A stretch of DNA of 63,658 nucleotides, filler included, from Sphacelaria rigidula (taxonomy: Eukaryota): NCBI GenBank assembly GCA_964200075.2. It is 3 parts of 3 records of this genome, joined end to end, with 100 filler letters (N's around TTAATTAATTAA, not from the genome) between each part and the next. Parts side by side here need not be neighbours in the genome. Positions count along the whole stretch, not along the records: positions 1 to 21,175 come from CAXNAA020000457.1; 2 more parts are not named here. The stretch is one strand, 5' to 3'. The translations under genes and the position numbers were made by a program. The notes below the pieces were generated by a model, which saw only the letters and a list, made by a program, of their open reading frames with translations, did no database searches and was not told the origin of the DNA. The stretch's first letter is position 1; each line of letters starts with the position of its first letter. Positions 1 to 14,292 of this stretch are shown in pieces.

Positions 1-45
1 AAAGCACAAAAACAAAAACGCGCGGGGGGGAGGGATGAGGGCGAA

Positions 46-96
<51 letters not shown>
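46..96. repeat. G homopolymer (51 nt)
   Basis: Uninterrupted G run near the contig start. It reads as poly-C on the sense strand of the dehydrogenase intron. Length may be a sequencing artefact. Confidence 0.85.
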
Positions 97-97
<1 letters not shown>

Positions 98-996
98 GGA
101 GCAGGGAGGAGGTGAGAGGGTGGGGTGAGTGAGGGTACTGCGATCAACCCTTCGACTACCTTACTGCAGGGACATTCCCCAGCTATATTCAAGTCACGAA
201 GAGTGCTCGTTGGCATAAATGAAGAAACTGGATAGTTTGCATTCAAAGTACTAAGCACTCAAACAGCTCAGAGGTCTTGCGATCGCACAAGTTGTATTTA
301 CATGCTAGTACAGTACCGCTTAGATCGAAAGTTGGCTTATGTGCTGTCTGGCCGGAAGCACCTATCGTACACACCCTAATTAGTTCACGTGTTTTCAGCC
401 CAAGAATGGTTTGAGTCGGCGTCTCTGCCGAGATAATATACAGCATGACAACGCTACGTGTTCTTGTCTCAGTTTATTGTTTCACTTTTGGCGTCTCGCT
501 TTCTACCACCCTCGGGCGAACGACCATTGGCCGCTACGAGCTTACAGCGGTGGCTGTGCTACAGAGCCCAGGTGGAGAGCCCGATCTATGAATACTTCAT
601 TGCACAAGAGCACACATTTGTGATATTTCATGTTTCATTGAATTGTAGCTCCTGATTTCCTTGTTTTGTATGAACTTTCAAGTTATAGTCGTCTGAAGTT
701 TTGCCGTTCCGTTGTTGCTTCGCTTGGATCCTGGGTCGTCATGCGTTGAAGTTGCCTCGGTTGTCTTATCGGGTAGGCCAAATCAAGAACATCTCTAACT
801 CCACAAATCAATATTATTACTCTACTGCGCTTTCAGAACTGTGTATACCTTGTCGATCTGCACTCCTCTACAGTTTCTCGAGTTTTTGTTTTTAATAAAT
901 CTGCTCTATTGAAGAATCAAAACATTGCCATTCGATCGCCCACCGCGATCACTCTGTTTTGTTCACTTTTCACTGAAAACATGTTCCGCGCCTTAC

Positions 997-3900
997 CAGT
1001 GCACCTGGACCCTTGACCGTTGTACTCCGTGAGCGTGCCCTGGTGGTTATACTGGAATGCCGGGGCGACGTACCTAGCATCACACGGCTGGTCCTCCGCC
1101 CCCCCCTCGGCAGTGCACGCGAATATAGCGGCGCAAATATCACAGTCCTGGCTCGCGCTATCACACGCCTGATGTGTTTCAAGCAACCCACGCGTACGAC
1201 ATGCAGAATAGATCATGTGCCGATTGAAGATTCAAGTTGTAGTGGCCACAGCTCTGCCTAGCGCGGATCAATGCACAACCGTGCTCAACGTGCAATGGAT
1301 GGAACACTCTGTTTCCCGGTCAAAAGTATGCGATACAACATATCATCGCCAGGGATAGCGGCTTCGTCGTTTGTCAGCAACACATACATTGTGGGTTTGA
1401 CCTTCAGCGGGGTTCTCTCTACGGTGTGCACACCGATTCCTCTCAGCCGAGGTGGCTCTCCGATATGATCCGCTCGTTCTGGCGACGTTTTCTTGTGATC
1501 CTCTAGTCCGTGCTTTCTAGATATTCAAATGATATCGCCACGGGTGGTACCAGTGATCTACTCCCCCCGTGGTGTTTTTTTTCGCTTGCCTGAGTTAACC
1601 AGCTGTAGGTCGGCAGTGGGATACCATCGCCCTCAACACACGGCCAGCCAAAGTTCGCGGGAAGACTACTCTCCTCCGCTTCCAGAGGGTTGCGTAGGAT
1701 GTTGATTTCCTGCAAGAAAGGACCCAAGGGAAAGAAGGGAGGGGGGGGGGGGGGAATAACATGCGGAACAAGGGCAGCCTTGATGAACGCACCGTCATCA
1801 CCTGACGTCTCTTCATGTTCATGAAACCCGAAGCACTCATGGATCAAGGAGTGTTCCCTCTGGCTTACTGGAGAGTCTGGAGAGTTGAGGGCAGAGGGGG
1901 GCATATGTGAAAAACGGGGTGATCCCGGAAGATGGTTCTGAGGACATAGGCAAAATAGGGGAAGTATTGGGTTTGGAAGATGCTGGGAGAACGAGGCGTG
2001 TAAAGAAGTGCACGAAGGAGTGTTTCATGCAATTTTGTCCTCTGAATATTGTTCTCGTTGCTATGTAGAGCAGAAGGAAACCGCGTGAAACGCGTGTAGC
2101 ATTCTGTGAAGTTTGTTTCATGCCTGAAGGCATACCATCACTAAAACCGAGAATGAAGAATGTGGGGATCGATGCAGGAGGTTTAGGGGTAAGGTGGAGG
2201 TTGGGGTTGGGAGGATGACACCTACACTACAGGAATGCACTGCACGAATGCGGCTAGATTAGAAGTGCCTTTCTATCAGCTTTGGAGATGTGCTTCGCCC
2301 TTGGGGGCCATGCCCCTGGCGGCTTAACCCCACTTGCGCGTTCAAGTGGCCAGACGCGTCGATCGATACTCGAAACAAGACATCCTAGTTGATGCGTGTG
2401 CTTGCGGAGTAGGTAAGGGGGATCGCGAATAATTTCCGATACTTGCTTTGCTTGTTTTCATCGAACAGTGAAAATCACCACGAAAAATACGAGGCCCGTG
2501 TTGCCTGACTTTCCATTTTCGACCGGCGTTGCCCTTAGGAACGCATCCATTTTCATTTGAAAGCTCTATCTCGTCCGCAAAATACCTGAGGAATCCCCGA
2601 TGGTTTGAATGTATTTGGCAGAACGGAATTTCTGTGTGGCGGGTGATGGGAACAGGACAAAAATATTTTGTTTCCTACCAATATGACCCCGTTTAGAATG
2701 CTGTATTCTGGAGCTACTTGTGTATATTTTCTTGCTTACTTCCCCACCTCGATCGTAATGTCTCCCACATCCCCGATGTAGATATCGCCGGTGGTTTCGT
2801 CCGTGTCAAGCCTGAAGGGATTCCTCAAGCCTTTTCCCCACACTTCGTAGTCCGCCTCGGTGAGAGGAAGATCGTTTGCCTCTAGTAGCACATTTTCGCT
2901 GGGGATCCTGATCAGGTGACCCTGAGGTAGTTTGTTCAAAGTGCTGTTGTCAGATCGCAAGTATTATGTTCCAATTAGACCATGGGTTCCACGGTCGCCA
3001 GTGCTACGAGCACACACTCTATCACGTCAAGAGAAATGGCCAACTCCGTAAGGTATTAGTTTCAGATGGATTGAACATGACCTGACCCACGACGAGGAAC
3101 AGAAAGAGGACGTAGAATGGCCGTGAATGGATACGGGTGTTGTGCCCCCTTATTTGTAATACTCCAACGTACATGGTGAGGCAATGGGACATCATTCAGC
3201 GCTTCTGTGCCTCGGAACTCTGCTGGTTGTAGAGTCAAAAGAGTGACACTACAGTGGGAAGCTTCTCCACCTGCAAGAACTGGTCGACCTGGGACTTGAA
3301 ATTCCCCTGTGGCATGGGAACGTCGTCATTGTAGCACTTGTCCTCCTCCGGGTATCCTGGAGAAAGGCGAATGCACGACACCAATGATCGAGGACGAGAA
3401 ACGGAGGTAGCACACAGAGCAGCAAATGTCGTGCACAGGGTTGCGTGAGCATGAACGATGCCACAGGAAGCGACCGGAGGTCCCGGCAGTACATATTTTA
3501 ACGTGGTTAGATATAGCAAGCATCATTATATGGGGCACTGCGCTGTGGGCGCCACGTCGATTGCGTTTGTCCATGTCGTCGCATCCTGAGAAGCGGCGAC
3601 CAACACCAAGAGAAATCACGACAGTAACAGCGAGGATAACAAATAGATTTAATTCACGTGAAAGACCGAAAGCAGTCGAGCATGAACAACAGATCGGGAA
3701 GCGCGGGATCCCGGTACCGTTTGCTATGCAAGAGAGATATGGTGTAGACCAAGAGAATCTCGAGCCAACCCAACCCAATCTCAACCCCCAGGCCGAAGCC
3801 AACCTCAAGCCTCATGACCAGGATCAACCAATAGCATTGCTGACCTGGGTCGAAGGATGCCTGGGAACTGTCGCCGTTGGCGACGAGAAGTGATCCATCG

Positions 3901-6900
3901 GAATAAAATTCCATAGCTGTTCCAACAACGGCACGTGAAAGTGAACTTTGTCAGATAGAAGGCTCACTATGTAGTCGTCACAGCTCGGCACGGAGTAGAG
4001 CAGAGCAAGTGGGTGATTGGTTGGGGTGGAGTAGCGTTGGGGTTGAGGGTTGGGCTAGCTTACAGCTGAGAGGTACAACAAGTCGATGCGTAGAAGGTGT
4101 ACATTACACGCTCCTAGATTCAGGTAATTCCAGTAGTTGAGGCAGGTTTAGCTGTGGGCTTAGGATAACATTATGGATCGATGGGATATTGCCTAGTTTT
4201 GACCTTGTCGCCAACAATCGTGTCGAACCCGAGCAAAGTCTTCGCTCCCTGCATGCACTTCCCGAATACCACTTACTGCAAGACACATGTACGCTCACAG
4301 CAACGCGTGAAACTCTTGCTGTGCACAGGCAAAAACCTTAGGCACGTTGGACGGGAGAAAATATACTCAGCGTGCTTCCTCCAACGCGAAATGCCTTGTA
4401 GAAAAAATCATTTGTCGAAGAACATGACTGCACACAACACGCTGTCCCGCGGCAATCCTCATACCTGCATTGTGATGAGCAGTTGCAGAGGAGCACCAGT
4501 TCTCCATGAGTCTAACCCTGTTCTGCGAGTTGTCGTCGAAACTAAAGTCGGAGCATTTGCTCTGGTCGCCAATATCCATGGTAATGTCGATCTTCAACCT
4601 GTCCAGAACAGCCGTTTGCTCGCAGAAGGGCAGCCCTCTCGAAATATCCGTGCATTCTCCCGTCCTGCGAAGCAATATCCCGCCCGTAAGAGGCGACAAA
4701 AACAGAGTGCTCCACACTTCGATCGCCATATGTTGCGAGATCTTCACCGACCGGAGACTAGCGGCACCACCTTGAGAGGCGGAGAACCTCCGGTCGACGG
4801 GAAAAGTACCTATGGGGGCTAGACGTTTCCGGTTTCAGGCTGCTGATGTTTGCACGATTCGGTGCAAAGGACGTCGAATGTTCTTGTGGTGACGGATCGC
4901 TTGATTTCTTCGAGACGGTACATCAACAATTCAAGGAGATCGAATAGACTACAGATGTGGCCTGGGGAGCATGCATACAGCTATTGGCTACTGAATGCTT
5001 CAAAACACTGGGGTCACGATAGAACCGATTACGATTCCTTTCATAAACGTGGCGGTCCATTTGTGCCGGATACATGGTTCGCGTAACGGTGTCCCCTTGT
5101 ATTTCCGGCCATCCTAAGCATTGCTTGTACGTGTGAGGAAACGATAGAAGTACCGACGATAGGGTACCCTGTGCCCTATGAAAATTCGTGAACGCCGCAC
5201 TATACCCCCAAGTCATACTGCAGGAACACGGTTGTAGTCAGTCCCCAGGAGCTAAGAAACAAAGCAGAACCTCAATTGCACATGGGTCCGTCCGGTTGGC
5301 GTGGCCTCAAGCTTAGGATGAGCAAATGGACATCGAATTTGTTGTACATATGTTGAAACCCCGCGTCAAGTCGAAGGATCCGGGATAGGGCTTGGGGTAC
5401 GGTTTCGACATTCCCCGCGTCCATGAGTACTTTGAGAGCCAAGAGTGGAAGGCGAGGCTCAGGTGGGGTCAAGGACATAGCACTTGGCCTCGGGAGGATG
5501 ACGGATGACATGAAAACAGCTAGTGCAATCGTTTGGGGTTGTGTTCACATTTTTCCATACGATATCAGGGCTGTTGGTGCTGGAACGCGTTCGTGCTCAC
5601 CACCCTTCCGGAGCCAAAGAGTAGAAGAGAAACAAGTACGGCTGCTCTGGAAAGTCGGGGTGAAGCTGTGCACCCGCGAGTCCGTGATCCTGTTGTGACA
5701 CAAACGAATGTCATGGCAATACAAATGAGGCGAATGCGCGGTACATGACCGAACAGGCACAAGGCATGTCACCATTTGTGTCAACCCCATGAAAGCCAAG
5801 ATGAGGACATCAAGTTTCAATCAATCCGGAGGGAAAATCACGTCGAAGGTCGTTCAAACCCCACTCGAAACGAGCAGTAAAGTATTCCCAGACTTGAGAG
5901 GACTGAGCTCACGAAAAGAGAAAACAATGTAACTTCCAGTACAACGAGCGCAATATCGTGATGATAGCAGAAGGAACCGAGCTAACGAACACAACAGAAG
6001 GAAAAAACTGCGTTGTTGAAGATCGTTTGATTGACCAACACCCGTAAATGTGCAATGCTGAAAGCAGGGCTCAGTCCCTCAATCGATATGTTCATGTTGA
6101 TGCGATATCCGAAGTGATTGCATTCAGGATTTATGTTTGCACAACTCCAAGATCCGTAATCCACGCGAACAACACAAACAACCCCTCACACAGAAATTAC
6201 GCTGTATTTTGTGTGAAATTGACCACCTCCCGCTCCTCCCATCTAAAATTATGAGGCGGTACATGAGGGTACGGGTAATCGCTCACCCCCCAGGAGTTGG
6301 TGCGGGCTGAGAGGTTGACAAGAGTCTTGAAGGATTCTCGATCCTCCCCAGGCTGCGCCTTGAACGTGTATATGTCATCCGCCGCTGGGAACAGCTGTAC
6401 CACGCCACCTACGTGTAGAGCAGACATGTTTCATGGTTCAAAAGGGGAAAACCGAACAGGACTATTTTTACAGAGTCCAGGAAACCCTTCAAATCCGAAG
6501 CAATGTATGTCACCGCGACGGGAAATACATGCATGATGGTCACTTGATGTTCCGAAGAGAGCTGATGCACGCATACGCGTGATTTTTATACAACACATGG
6601 TAGAACTTACAGCATCTGGCAGGAAACACTAGTAGCGATTGTGTAAAGATCTAGGCCGTCTGCCGTTAGGTAGTCCTCAACCACATGACTTCGGAACAGG
6701 AGCTCATATAACACGTATCAACATATGCAGCAAACAGTGCAGCGTTTGACTCCTAACCCGATAAATAACAGACCTAGCAGAATTTGTTTCGTCAATCTGT
6801 CCAAAACTTTACCGTGGATGAGGAAAGGAACAACCGTCTATGCTCCCATCGGTTGATAGAAGCAGGGTTTGCCGGTCAGACGGCAGATTAGGTTTACACT

Positions 6901-8348
6901 CTTTACTAAAATGACGCAAGAATCCATCGATACCACAACCCGAATAATTTCAGCGTCGCATAGTTTGTGCTTCCTCTAGCGTACCTTCTCCACTTTGTGT
7001 GACAGACGTTCTTGAAGCAGTGGGCGAAACACGAAAAGGATAGCGTACCTTCAAATAATAGAACTGCACTTGGACCGAGTTGAGGTGCGTACAGCCCTTC
7101 TGAAATACGCTTAAAAGTCTCAAACTCTACTTGAGTCCCTAGTACGTAGTAGCCGACCGGCCCTCCGGTGCGTATCGACGAGGGTATTAGGACCCTGAGA
7201 AACAAGCACTGACCTTTGCCGATGACCATAATGTGGTCGGAGCACGGAGATACCAGCGTTTGAGTAGGGCCGCCGTCGACGGACAACGTGCTGAACACCA
7301 AGCTCAGCTCAAACCTGCGGCTCGTGGGCAGGCGAGGAAGGGTTCGGTTCACCGCCCGGGCGACGTAGAGATGGCATTTTTCATCAGACGCAACACTGCG
7401 ATATATTGCCTGTGTGTTACTGGTACACTGCGGTTGCATTTTACCTGACTACAAAAGAAAGTGTGCAGAGGATAGGCATCGTGTCTCTGCAGACAAGGGT
7501 TTTGTGACCGTGATTCGAGGGGTTACTTCGTTTGGACTCTCCCCTGTCTCAAGATATGATTTCTCAACGTTACATCGTCAGCAAACATGTGCGGTGGTTT
7601 GGATCGCCTTGGGCGATCTTTCAATGTGTAGAAATAGTCCACATGTTGCGAGTGGTGGCGTATGCATGACTGCACATTAACGTTTGGCTGCTGGCAACAC
7701 CACCAACCAACTGACCGGCAAATATTCCTCGTCAATCTGATCTCAAACTGGTACCTACGAGTTTTGTCTGTACCTTTCCTGTTTTCGCGAAGCGCGGGCG
7801 TTACCCGCCCCGGTACTTGCCGTAAAGAAGCATTGCACGTGCTCAGGGTAGTAGTGCAATTGACTTCAACTATAAGCATGTTACAAAATAGAACCACCTC
7901 GGCGCTTGCCTTCCTCGTCCCCTGACGTCACAATATTCGATGTTTTCGTCGTCGCGCGACCCTACTGTTAACATGAGTGGGGGTGCCTTGCCATACAACT
8001 AGTCGTAAATGTTGTCACTCGCCATCATTTGTTGGTGTCTACTCAGAAATGCGCCGAATGGAGGTAATCTATATGACACGGCCCAGTTTACTACGCGTGA
8101 ACATATATTCTGATCAATTTCATTTTCGAGCTTATGAATAACAAACACGGTGCTTAAAAAATACGGGTGAATCGTATCAAGTAATCTAACACGCTGTATC
8201 TCGTGCACCTCTTATCCACAACCGTCGGTACGTCGTCCGCCATACCACCTGCCCCGAAGAGCCCTCCAAGATTCAGCAGTGTTGCCATGGAGAATAACTT
8301 GGCCGTTCGGGTAGCCAGACGCCTCCGCCCCGACGTGGATGGCTTCAT
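997..8348 (-). CDS. Glucose/sorbosone dehydrogenase (GSDH, PQQ-type beta-propeller) family protein, probably secreted; 3' part missing
   Basis: Ten phase-compatible exons: 8348-8209, 7314-7214, 6408-6287, 5689-5601, 4664-4465, 3916-3845, 3356-3271, 2921-2748, 1709-1590, 1168-997. Motifs: WG|DHGLAGAQLHPDF, HHNAAMEFYSDGSLLVANGD, WGKGLRNPFR, DIYIGDVG, NFGWPCVEG, PAFQYNH. Basic then hydrophobic N-terminus; alternative Met at 8288. Confidence 0.88.
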
Positions 8349-9512
8349 TGCGTCTCGATAGCGCTGGTGCTGCTTGGGAATGAAAGAACAAGAAATTACC
8401 ATCCACTTCCTGTATGAATAAGTTCGTGCTGTCATTCGAGTTGTGATTGCTTGAAATTAGTATGACTACACCATAACAAGGAAAACTGATCCGCACAATA
8501 GCACGGAATTTCAGGGGGTGAAATTGCACCGTAACGCGCGAGGCGAACCGTGTGATAGCAAGGTAAAATTTCATCTTCCACAGTGGATCACGACAACAAC
8601 TAGGTGAGGAAAGTATCCACTGGGAAGTAAAAGGAAATATCGCCATCAACGTTCAACGTTCACATCGCTACAACCATCGGAACGCTGCCTCACAGGCGGC
8701 GACCTGTTTATGACATAAGCGGTACGTTCAGGTAGCTATCGACTTTTGGTATTCTCTGGGTGGTTATGAGGCTATGATCGATCCTTCAAGCCAGGAACCC
8801 GCCACATGGATGCAGGGGGGTGGTGTTGATGTGGGCATAGGTATCATGCACAGACAAAAACGAACACTGTCCGCAAATGTGCGGGCACGTTCTAGTGGTT
8901 CAAGATACGAGCAAACAGACACCTCGACTTTTTACAACAACCTATATTCGTGGCTCCTCCGCTGTGAGATTACTGTACGTGGAACCCAAATTCCCAAGGC
9001 AGAAGTCGTGCTATTGAGACTTGGAGTTGCGCTCGCCATATGGAGTGTGTTTATATACATATATTGGCACATTTTTACGTACGCGATATTCGCGAAGAAT
9101 ATGAAGGATTCCCGCGAACATTAAAGTGTGCAGTTCACCAAGAACACTCGCAGTCACCACCAAATACCTGGCCTTGTCGACGAATAGGCTGGAGAGTCAC
9201 GGAGATGATAGCATATCGGTAGGCTTTGGTCGGCATGGAATATGACAACAAGATTAAAAAATGACAACATAGGGTCAGCATTTGTTCTCTCAATCATCCA
9301 CTTACAAAATATCATGCGCCACCTTTTCCCATCGCCGAGAGTTAGTCAAAGCCATACCCGTGATACTTCTGGAAATGACCATCTCCCACATCAGACAACG
9401 CAAAAACTGCTCAAAGTATGATGGCTTTCCACCGCCCTGCCGAGTAGAAACATACAAACCATTCTACTATCTAACGTCGAAATCTCGAAAAACCAAGATA
9501 TTTCCGAGAGTA

Positions 9513-9816
9513 TGTTTTATATGGTTTTCCTGACTACCTGATACAATTTTGTGATGGCAGCATCGATTGTGAAACATTTTCCCTCCTAAACGATCGTGGC
9601 CGACGTTAGCTAGATGACACCCAAGGTTATATCGACTGGTTACAGTTTCGTCCAATGATTTCACTGTTTTATGTGGTTTTCCTGACTACCTGGTACCATT
9701 TTGTGATGACGGCATCGACTGTAAAACGTTTTTCCACCTAAACGACCGTGGCCGACGTTAGCTACATGACACCCAAGGTTTCATCGACTGGTCACGGTTC
9801 CGTCCAGTGTTTTCAC
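9513..9816. repeat. Tandem duplication, two copies of about 152 bp
   Basis: TGTTTTATATGGTTTTCCTGACTACCTG at 9513 recurs as TGTTTTATGTGGTTTTCCTGACTACCTG at 9665, and the copies stay colinear. Confidence 0.9.
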
Positions 9817-9879
9817 CATGCGAGTAATTGCACGCCATCTCTTTCCACATACATGTTTATATATAGATAGATAGATAAA

Positions 9880-12365
9880 TATATCCGTTCCAACAATTGA
9901 TGATCGACACGATGGTTCGTGGTACGCCGACTGAAAAAGGTTGGAAGGGCGAGCAATGTCCCTCGAAACATATGCCTCATGGACTTGCACAAGTCCTACG
10001 GCTCAGTAGACTGCACGCTCCAGTGGGAAGTGCATGCTCGATTCGGAGCCCCGCCACGGGTGATCAAGACTATCCGTATGTTTAACGATGGCATGCGAGC
10101 TCATGTTCGGTCTGATGACGGTAAATAGTTAGTGTAGTTCCACATCTGCCAGGGACTCAGGCAAGGATGCGTTTCGTACCCTTGTTGATCAACGTCTTTG
10201 GCGCAGCCTTGGTCGATGTGATCGTACAGCGGTTCGCGGTAGACCCATTTATCGTCTCAGGCTTTGTGTTCCTAGATAGAGCACTAAAAGGGGGCGGTGG
10301 TAAATCTTTGGAACAGGTGCCGCCGGAGAAGGTGCGACGCACGGTGTGTGGAAAACGCTATATTCGGGTGACGCAAGCATAGTCTCGAGGTCCACCAACG
10401 GGCTTGCTAGAATGATGGCCGTGGCCTTTGTGATATTTCAGGAGTTTGGACTGACGGTACCGGAGAGCAAGACAAGCTCCATGCGCCTGCGATCAGTGCA
10501 CAGTTCCGTAGAGGCTGCACAACACATCGACGCGCCAGGCCGATGAGCAGATGACCAGCTTTGTCTACGTTGGTGGTGCTGTCAGTGCAGATGCCAATAT
10601 TTCCATCGAAATAAAGAGCGGCATCAGGGCTGCGTAGGCTCGCCTTTTAAAGTATAGTTCTCGGTATACGATCGGTCCATCGACCAGCCCCCTCTGAATA
10701 TCCGGCTGCTGAAAGCAGAGGTGATGAACGCTATCCTGTACGGATGTGCAACATGGACGCTGCGTCCCGAGGACTTCACGAGTTTTCGCGCTTCTCACTA
10801 GCAGCTTTAGTTGGATTCCGCAGGAAAGAGCAACCTCACTACAAGACCCTTTCGTACCGAGATGTGCTCGAGATGTTCAACTGCGAACATGTCGAGACAA
10901 CTATCCGCAAGCGCCAACTCTGGTACGCGTGAGCTCTTGTCCGGAAGGAACGAAACACACCTTCCTCGACCCACCATACACGGGCGGTTTGCCGCACAAG
11001 GGCACAAGGAGGCTGGCCGCTTCCTGAAACATTGGGGGAACTAGGAGCTTTCCCCCGCAAAGGAGCAAGACGGGAATGGTTTGTCCACGGACTAGAGTTG
11101 GAAGATGCATATCAGTAGATGAGTGCGGCGAAACACATGGACAAATGGCATCTTGGAGTCGAGAAAGGGGCGGAAGAGTTCGGTGAAGCGCGGCGACGGC
11201 AAGACAAAACAAACTCCAATGGGACTTTTACCACAAACGAGAGACTGCTGCATCGAGAGCCGCTAATCGAGGAGCGGGAATCACAGGGGAAACAAAAGGA
11301 GGTCGCATGGAATCAAGGATGAAAATGGTCGAGAGGGTGTCCCCGCTTACACCCGAGGTGGGTTTGCGGGAGAACTGATACACCCTTGTCTTCTCTTCTC
11401 GGCTGTTAGCGTTTCCTCGGACTGTCTTCCGGTGCTCTCGTGGTCGTGCTTTTGTACATACTCTACTCTATCGATGGGTTTTATGGCTTCCGAAGTTTCT
11501 TCCTACCCTGTTATCCCTCTCTCTTTCGTGCTTTCTTCACACATTTTCGAGCTATGCCACGGTAAAAGCGCACAAGACATTCCTGATGTTTGCACATGCG
11601 AGGAGTCCTTCGTTTCATCTGACAAAAAATACTAATAAAACATGTGAGACCGCGCCACGAATAGTATTCTGATGGGCTAGGGATATATATCTCGGACAAA
11701 TGTCGAAATGGGAATGTTCAGACTCCTAATTTCCTACAGCTCCGAACTTCAGGAGCCCCTCGACAAGAACGATCTGCGCCCGAATCTGTAACTCATACTG
11801 TGGCATGACTTTTCCTTATTCTCTCTCTCTGCGCATTTCTGTCTTCTCAGTAATTTCCGGTCGCAGCTTGGTGCATTGTTTTCGTAGAGCTTATGGATGA
11901 GCGCTCGTGTGCAAATAGTGTGGTCGGAAATAGCTGAGCCACAACTGCTTGCATGGTCACTTTTGTGTGTATTGTTCGTGTATGGGTACATGCGCTTTGG
12001 GGGGACGTCCCCTTTTCACCTGAAGCCGTGCTACAGGGGCCAGCCATTTCGATGTTCACTTCATTGATATTTTTCAATCGGTTCTTTTATTTCCCCTCGT
12101 CCGCTTCCGTTCCCTTTCCTTTCCTTTTCGTTTCTGCTTACTTTTGTTACATCTGTGTCTTTGCTTTTGTCGTGTCTTTGTTTTTGCCTCTGTTGGTTCT
12201 GGCTATTCATTTTCTCAGTACACTCCCAGTTTTTGTTCTATATTGTTGCTCTATCTTCATTTTTCTGAAGTGAGCGTTTCCGGTGTGGTCATCTTGGGCG
12301 CATCCATACTGTGACCACTGCGGGGACCCTCGAGGCTCAGTTGATGTGCGGCGATCAATCAAGTT
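9880..12365 (+). mobile_element. Degenerate non-LTR retrotransposon (RTE-like LINE): RT remnant plus pyrimidine-rich 3' region
   Basis: Frameshifted RT motifs: DLHKSYGSVD..WEVHARFGAP..IRMFNDGMRA, QGLRQGC, LYSGDASIVS (decayed YADD), EFGLTV..KT, VETTIRKRQLWY. Ends approximate. Confidence 0.85.
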
Positions 12366-13059
12366 AAAATTTAATTACGCTCTCTTTTTCTAGTATGTGT
12401 TTGATCTAGAAAATGTGCGCATACCGGCACAAAAACGAATTACAGGTGACTTGCCAGCTCTACCATTGCCCATGGATCGCGTAATTTTGTTTTCGGTGTA
12501 GAAAATGTGGTAGGGTTATCCCCATTGATCGTGCTTTCGGTACGCAAACCTTTCACGAAAACCTTACCTGAGTTCGTCTTCTTAACTGCGACGGAAAATA
12601 CATATCGATTCCACGATATGGGTACACTTTTTAGCCCAAAATTTTGTCTGAGGCTGTACAATAAGGCCCAGATGTTAGCACTCAACATACATCAGTGGAG
12701 CACTCGGACGATACACCGAGAATCAACCTGCAGTCGCACCGTTGACCGACCGTACAGCTGTTTCGTGTATGCCCTCATGTATTGACTGGCTGTATGTTGT
12801 TTGCATGCACCTATGCATATTCTGCAGTGTTATGCACCCTCCTCGCTGCTACCGTCGAAGAATATATTGTCGCATTGTGGGAGATTTTCCTGCGGGGTAT
12901 TTGGTGTGTACACGTGCTCAGGGGAAGAGCCACAGGGCCGAGATATCCTTCAATACCGGCAAACATTCGTTTGCCATGAATATCAACAAACTGCGCCGAA
13001 CAACGATGAGAAACATGGGCATGTCATTAAGATAATCCCGGCTTACGTAGCAACCTTCA

Positions 13060-14250
13060 GCATTGCACATGCTCTCTCTACGCTACGCTCTGAGGACTTT
13101 GACGGTCTGACTGTATGTTGCGTTCCGCAGAAAGTATCGAACGAGGAACAAGAGTCTCTCGTACAGAGCTGTGCTCGAGATGACCAACTGCGAACGTGTC
13201 CGGACGACTATCTGCAAGCATTAACTCTGGTTCGCGTAAACCCTTGTCCGGCAGGACGAAACACACTTTCCCCAACCCATCATGCACGGGCGGTTTGCAG
13301 CACAAGGGCACAAGAGAGTTTAAGATCACAAGGGGCTCTTCCACGCGAAGGAGTGCGACAGAAACGGTTCGTCTACCGCGTAGACGTTAACGATGCACAC
13401 GATTGGGTCACTGCGGCGAGGAACATGGTCAAATGAGATCTGGGCCGAGAAAGGGGCGGAAGACACCAAGCGACGTGAAGAAGAACGAGCATATGGTCGC
13501 CGCTACAAAGGAGAGACTTCTGTCTCGAGGGCCGCCACTTCGGAGAACTGCCCTCGCTAGCGCAACAACAACAGCTCGCGAGGAATCCAATATGAAGATG
13601 GCCGAGATAATGGCCCGCTTTATACCCGACTAAAGTTGAACGTGAGAAATTGGGCTAACACGGAATCTAGCGTACTCTACCCCTGTCGTTTCCTATCGCG
13701 TACATGTATTGGTTTTGTCCTTCGTCGATGGCTCTGAGGTGCTCCCTGGTGTGTGTTTGTACCTGCTCTACTACTGTTATGTCCTTGGGCTTCATTACTT
13801 ATGTGGTCTCCTTCTCTGCTCTCTCTTCCTTCGTCCCTTTGTCTCTATGTGTGTTTCCTCCAGGTAAATGCAAGTAGCAGCTTGGTGCCTAGGCTCCGTC
13901 GAGCATGGATGAGAGTTTAATACCCAAATAGTGAGGTCGAAATAGACGAGTCGCAATCTCTTCCCACGCCTTTTCTGTTTCTTACGAGAAGATGTGACTG
14001 GTTTTTGCGCGAGATCCTTTCTACCGAAGCCATGTTGCAGAGGCCGGTCATTATTTTCTAGTTGTTTCCGTTCTTGAATTGTTTTGTTTCGTCATGGTTT
14101 GTCCCCCCTTGTGTTTCTTGGCCGTATCTACTCTACTTTTCTACTTTCTTCGCTTTTTTTCAGCGAGTATTTTCATCGTGTTCTTGTGTCAGGCATCTCT
14201 ACCATGTGACCACGGCTGGATCTCTTGGTATTATTCAATACACGACAACC
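13060..14250 (+). mobile_element. Second, 5'-truncated copy of the same LINE family
   Basis: Colinear similarity to 10760-12360, e.g. TGTGCTCGAGATG..CAACTGCGAAC.TGTC, CTTGTCCGG.AGGA, GCAGCTTGGTGC, CAAATAGTG.GGTCG. Confidence 0.8.
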
Positions 14251-14292
14251 AGTTTATGCACTGTGGGCGTTCGGAAACATACGATTGGCCTA

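Noticed and set aside
46-96. Functional G-quadruplex locus
   Set aside because: A long poly-G at a contig edge is a common sequencing or assembly artefact and cannot be assessed here.
4181-4822. 213-aa plus-strand ORF
   Set aside because: It is the antisense shadow of a dehydrogenase exon and has no recognisable motif.
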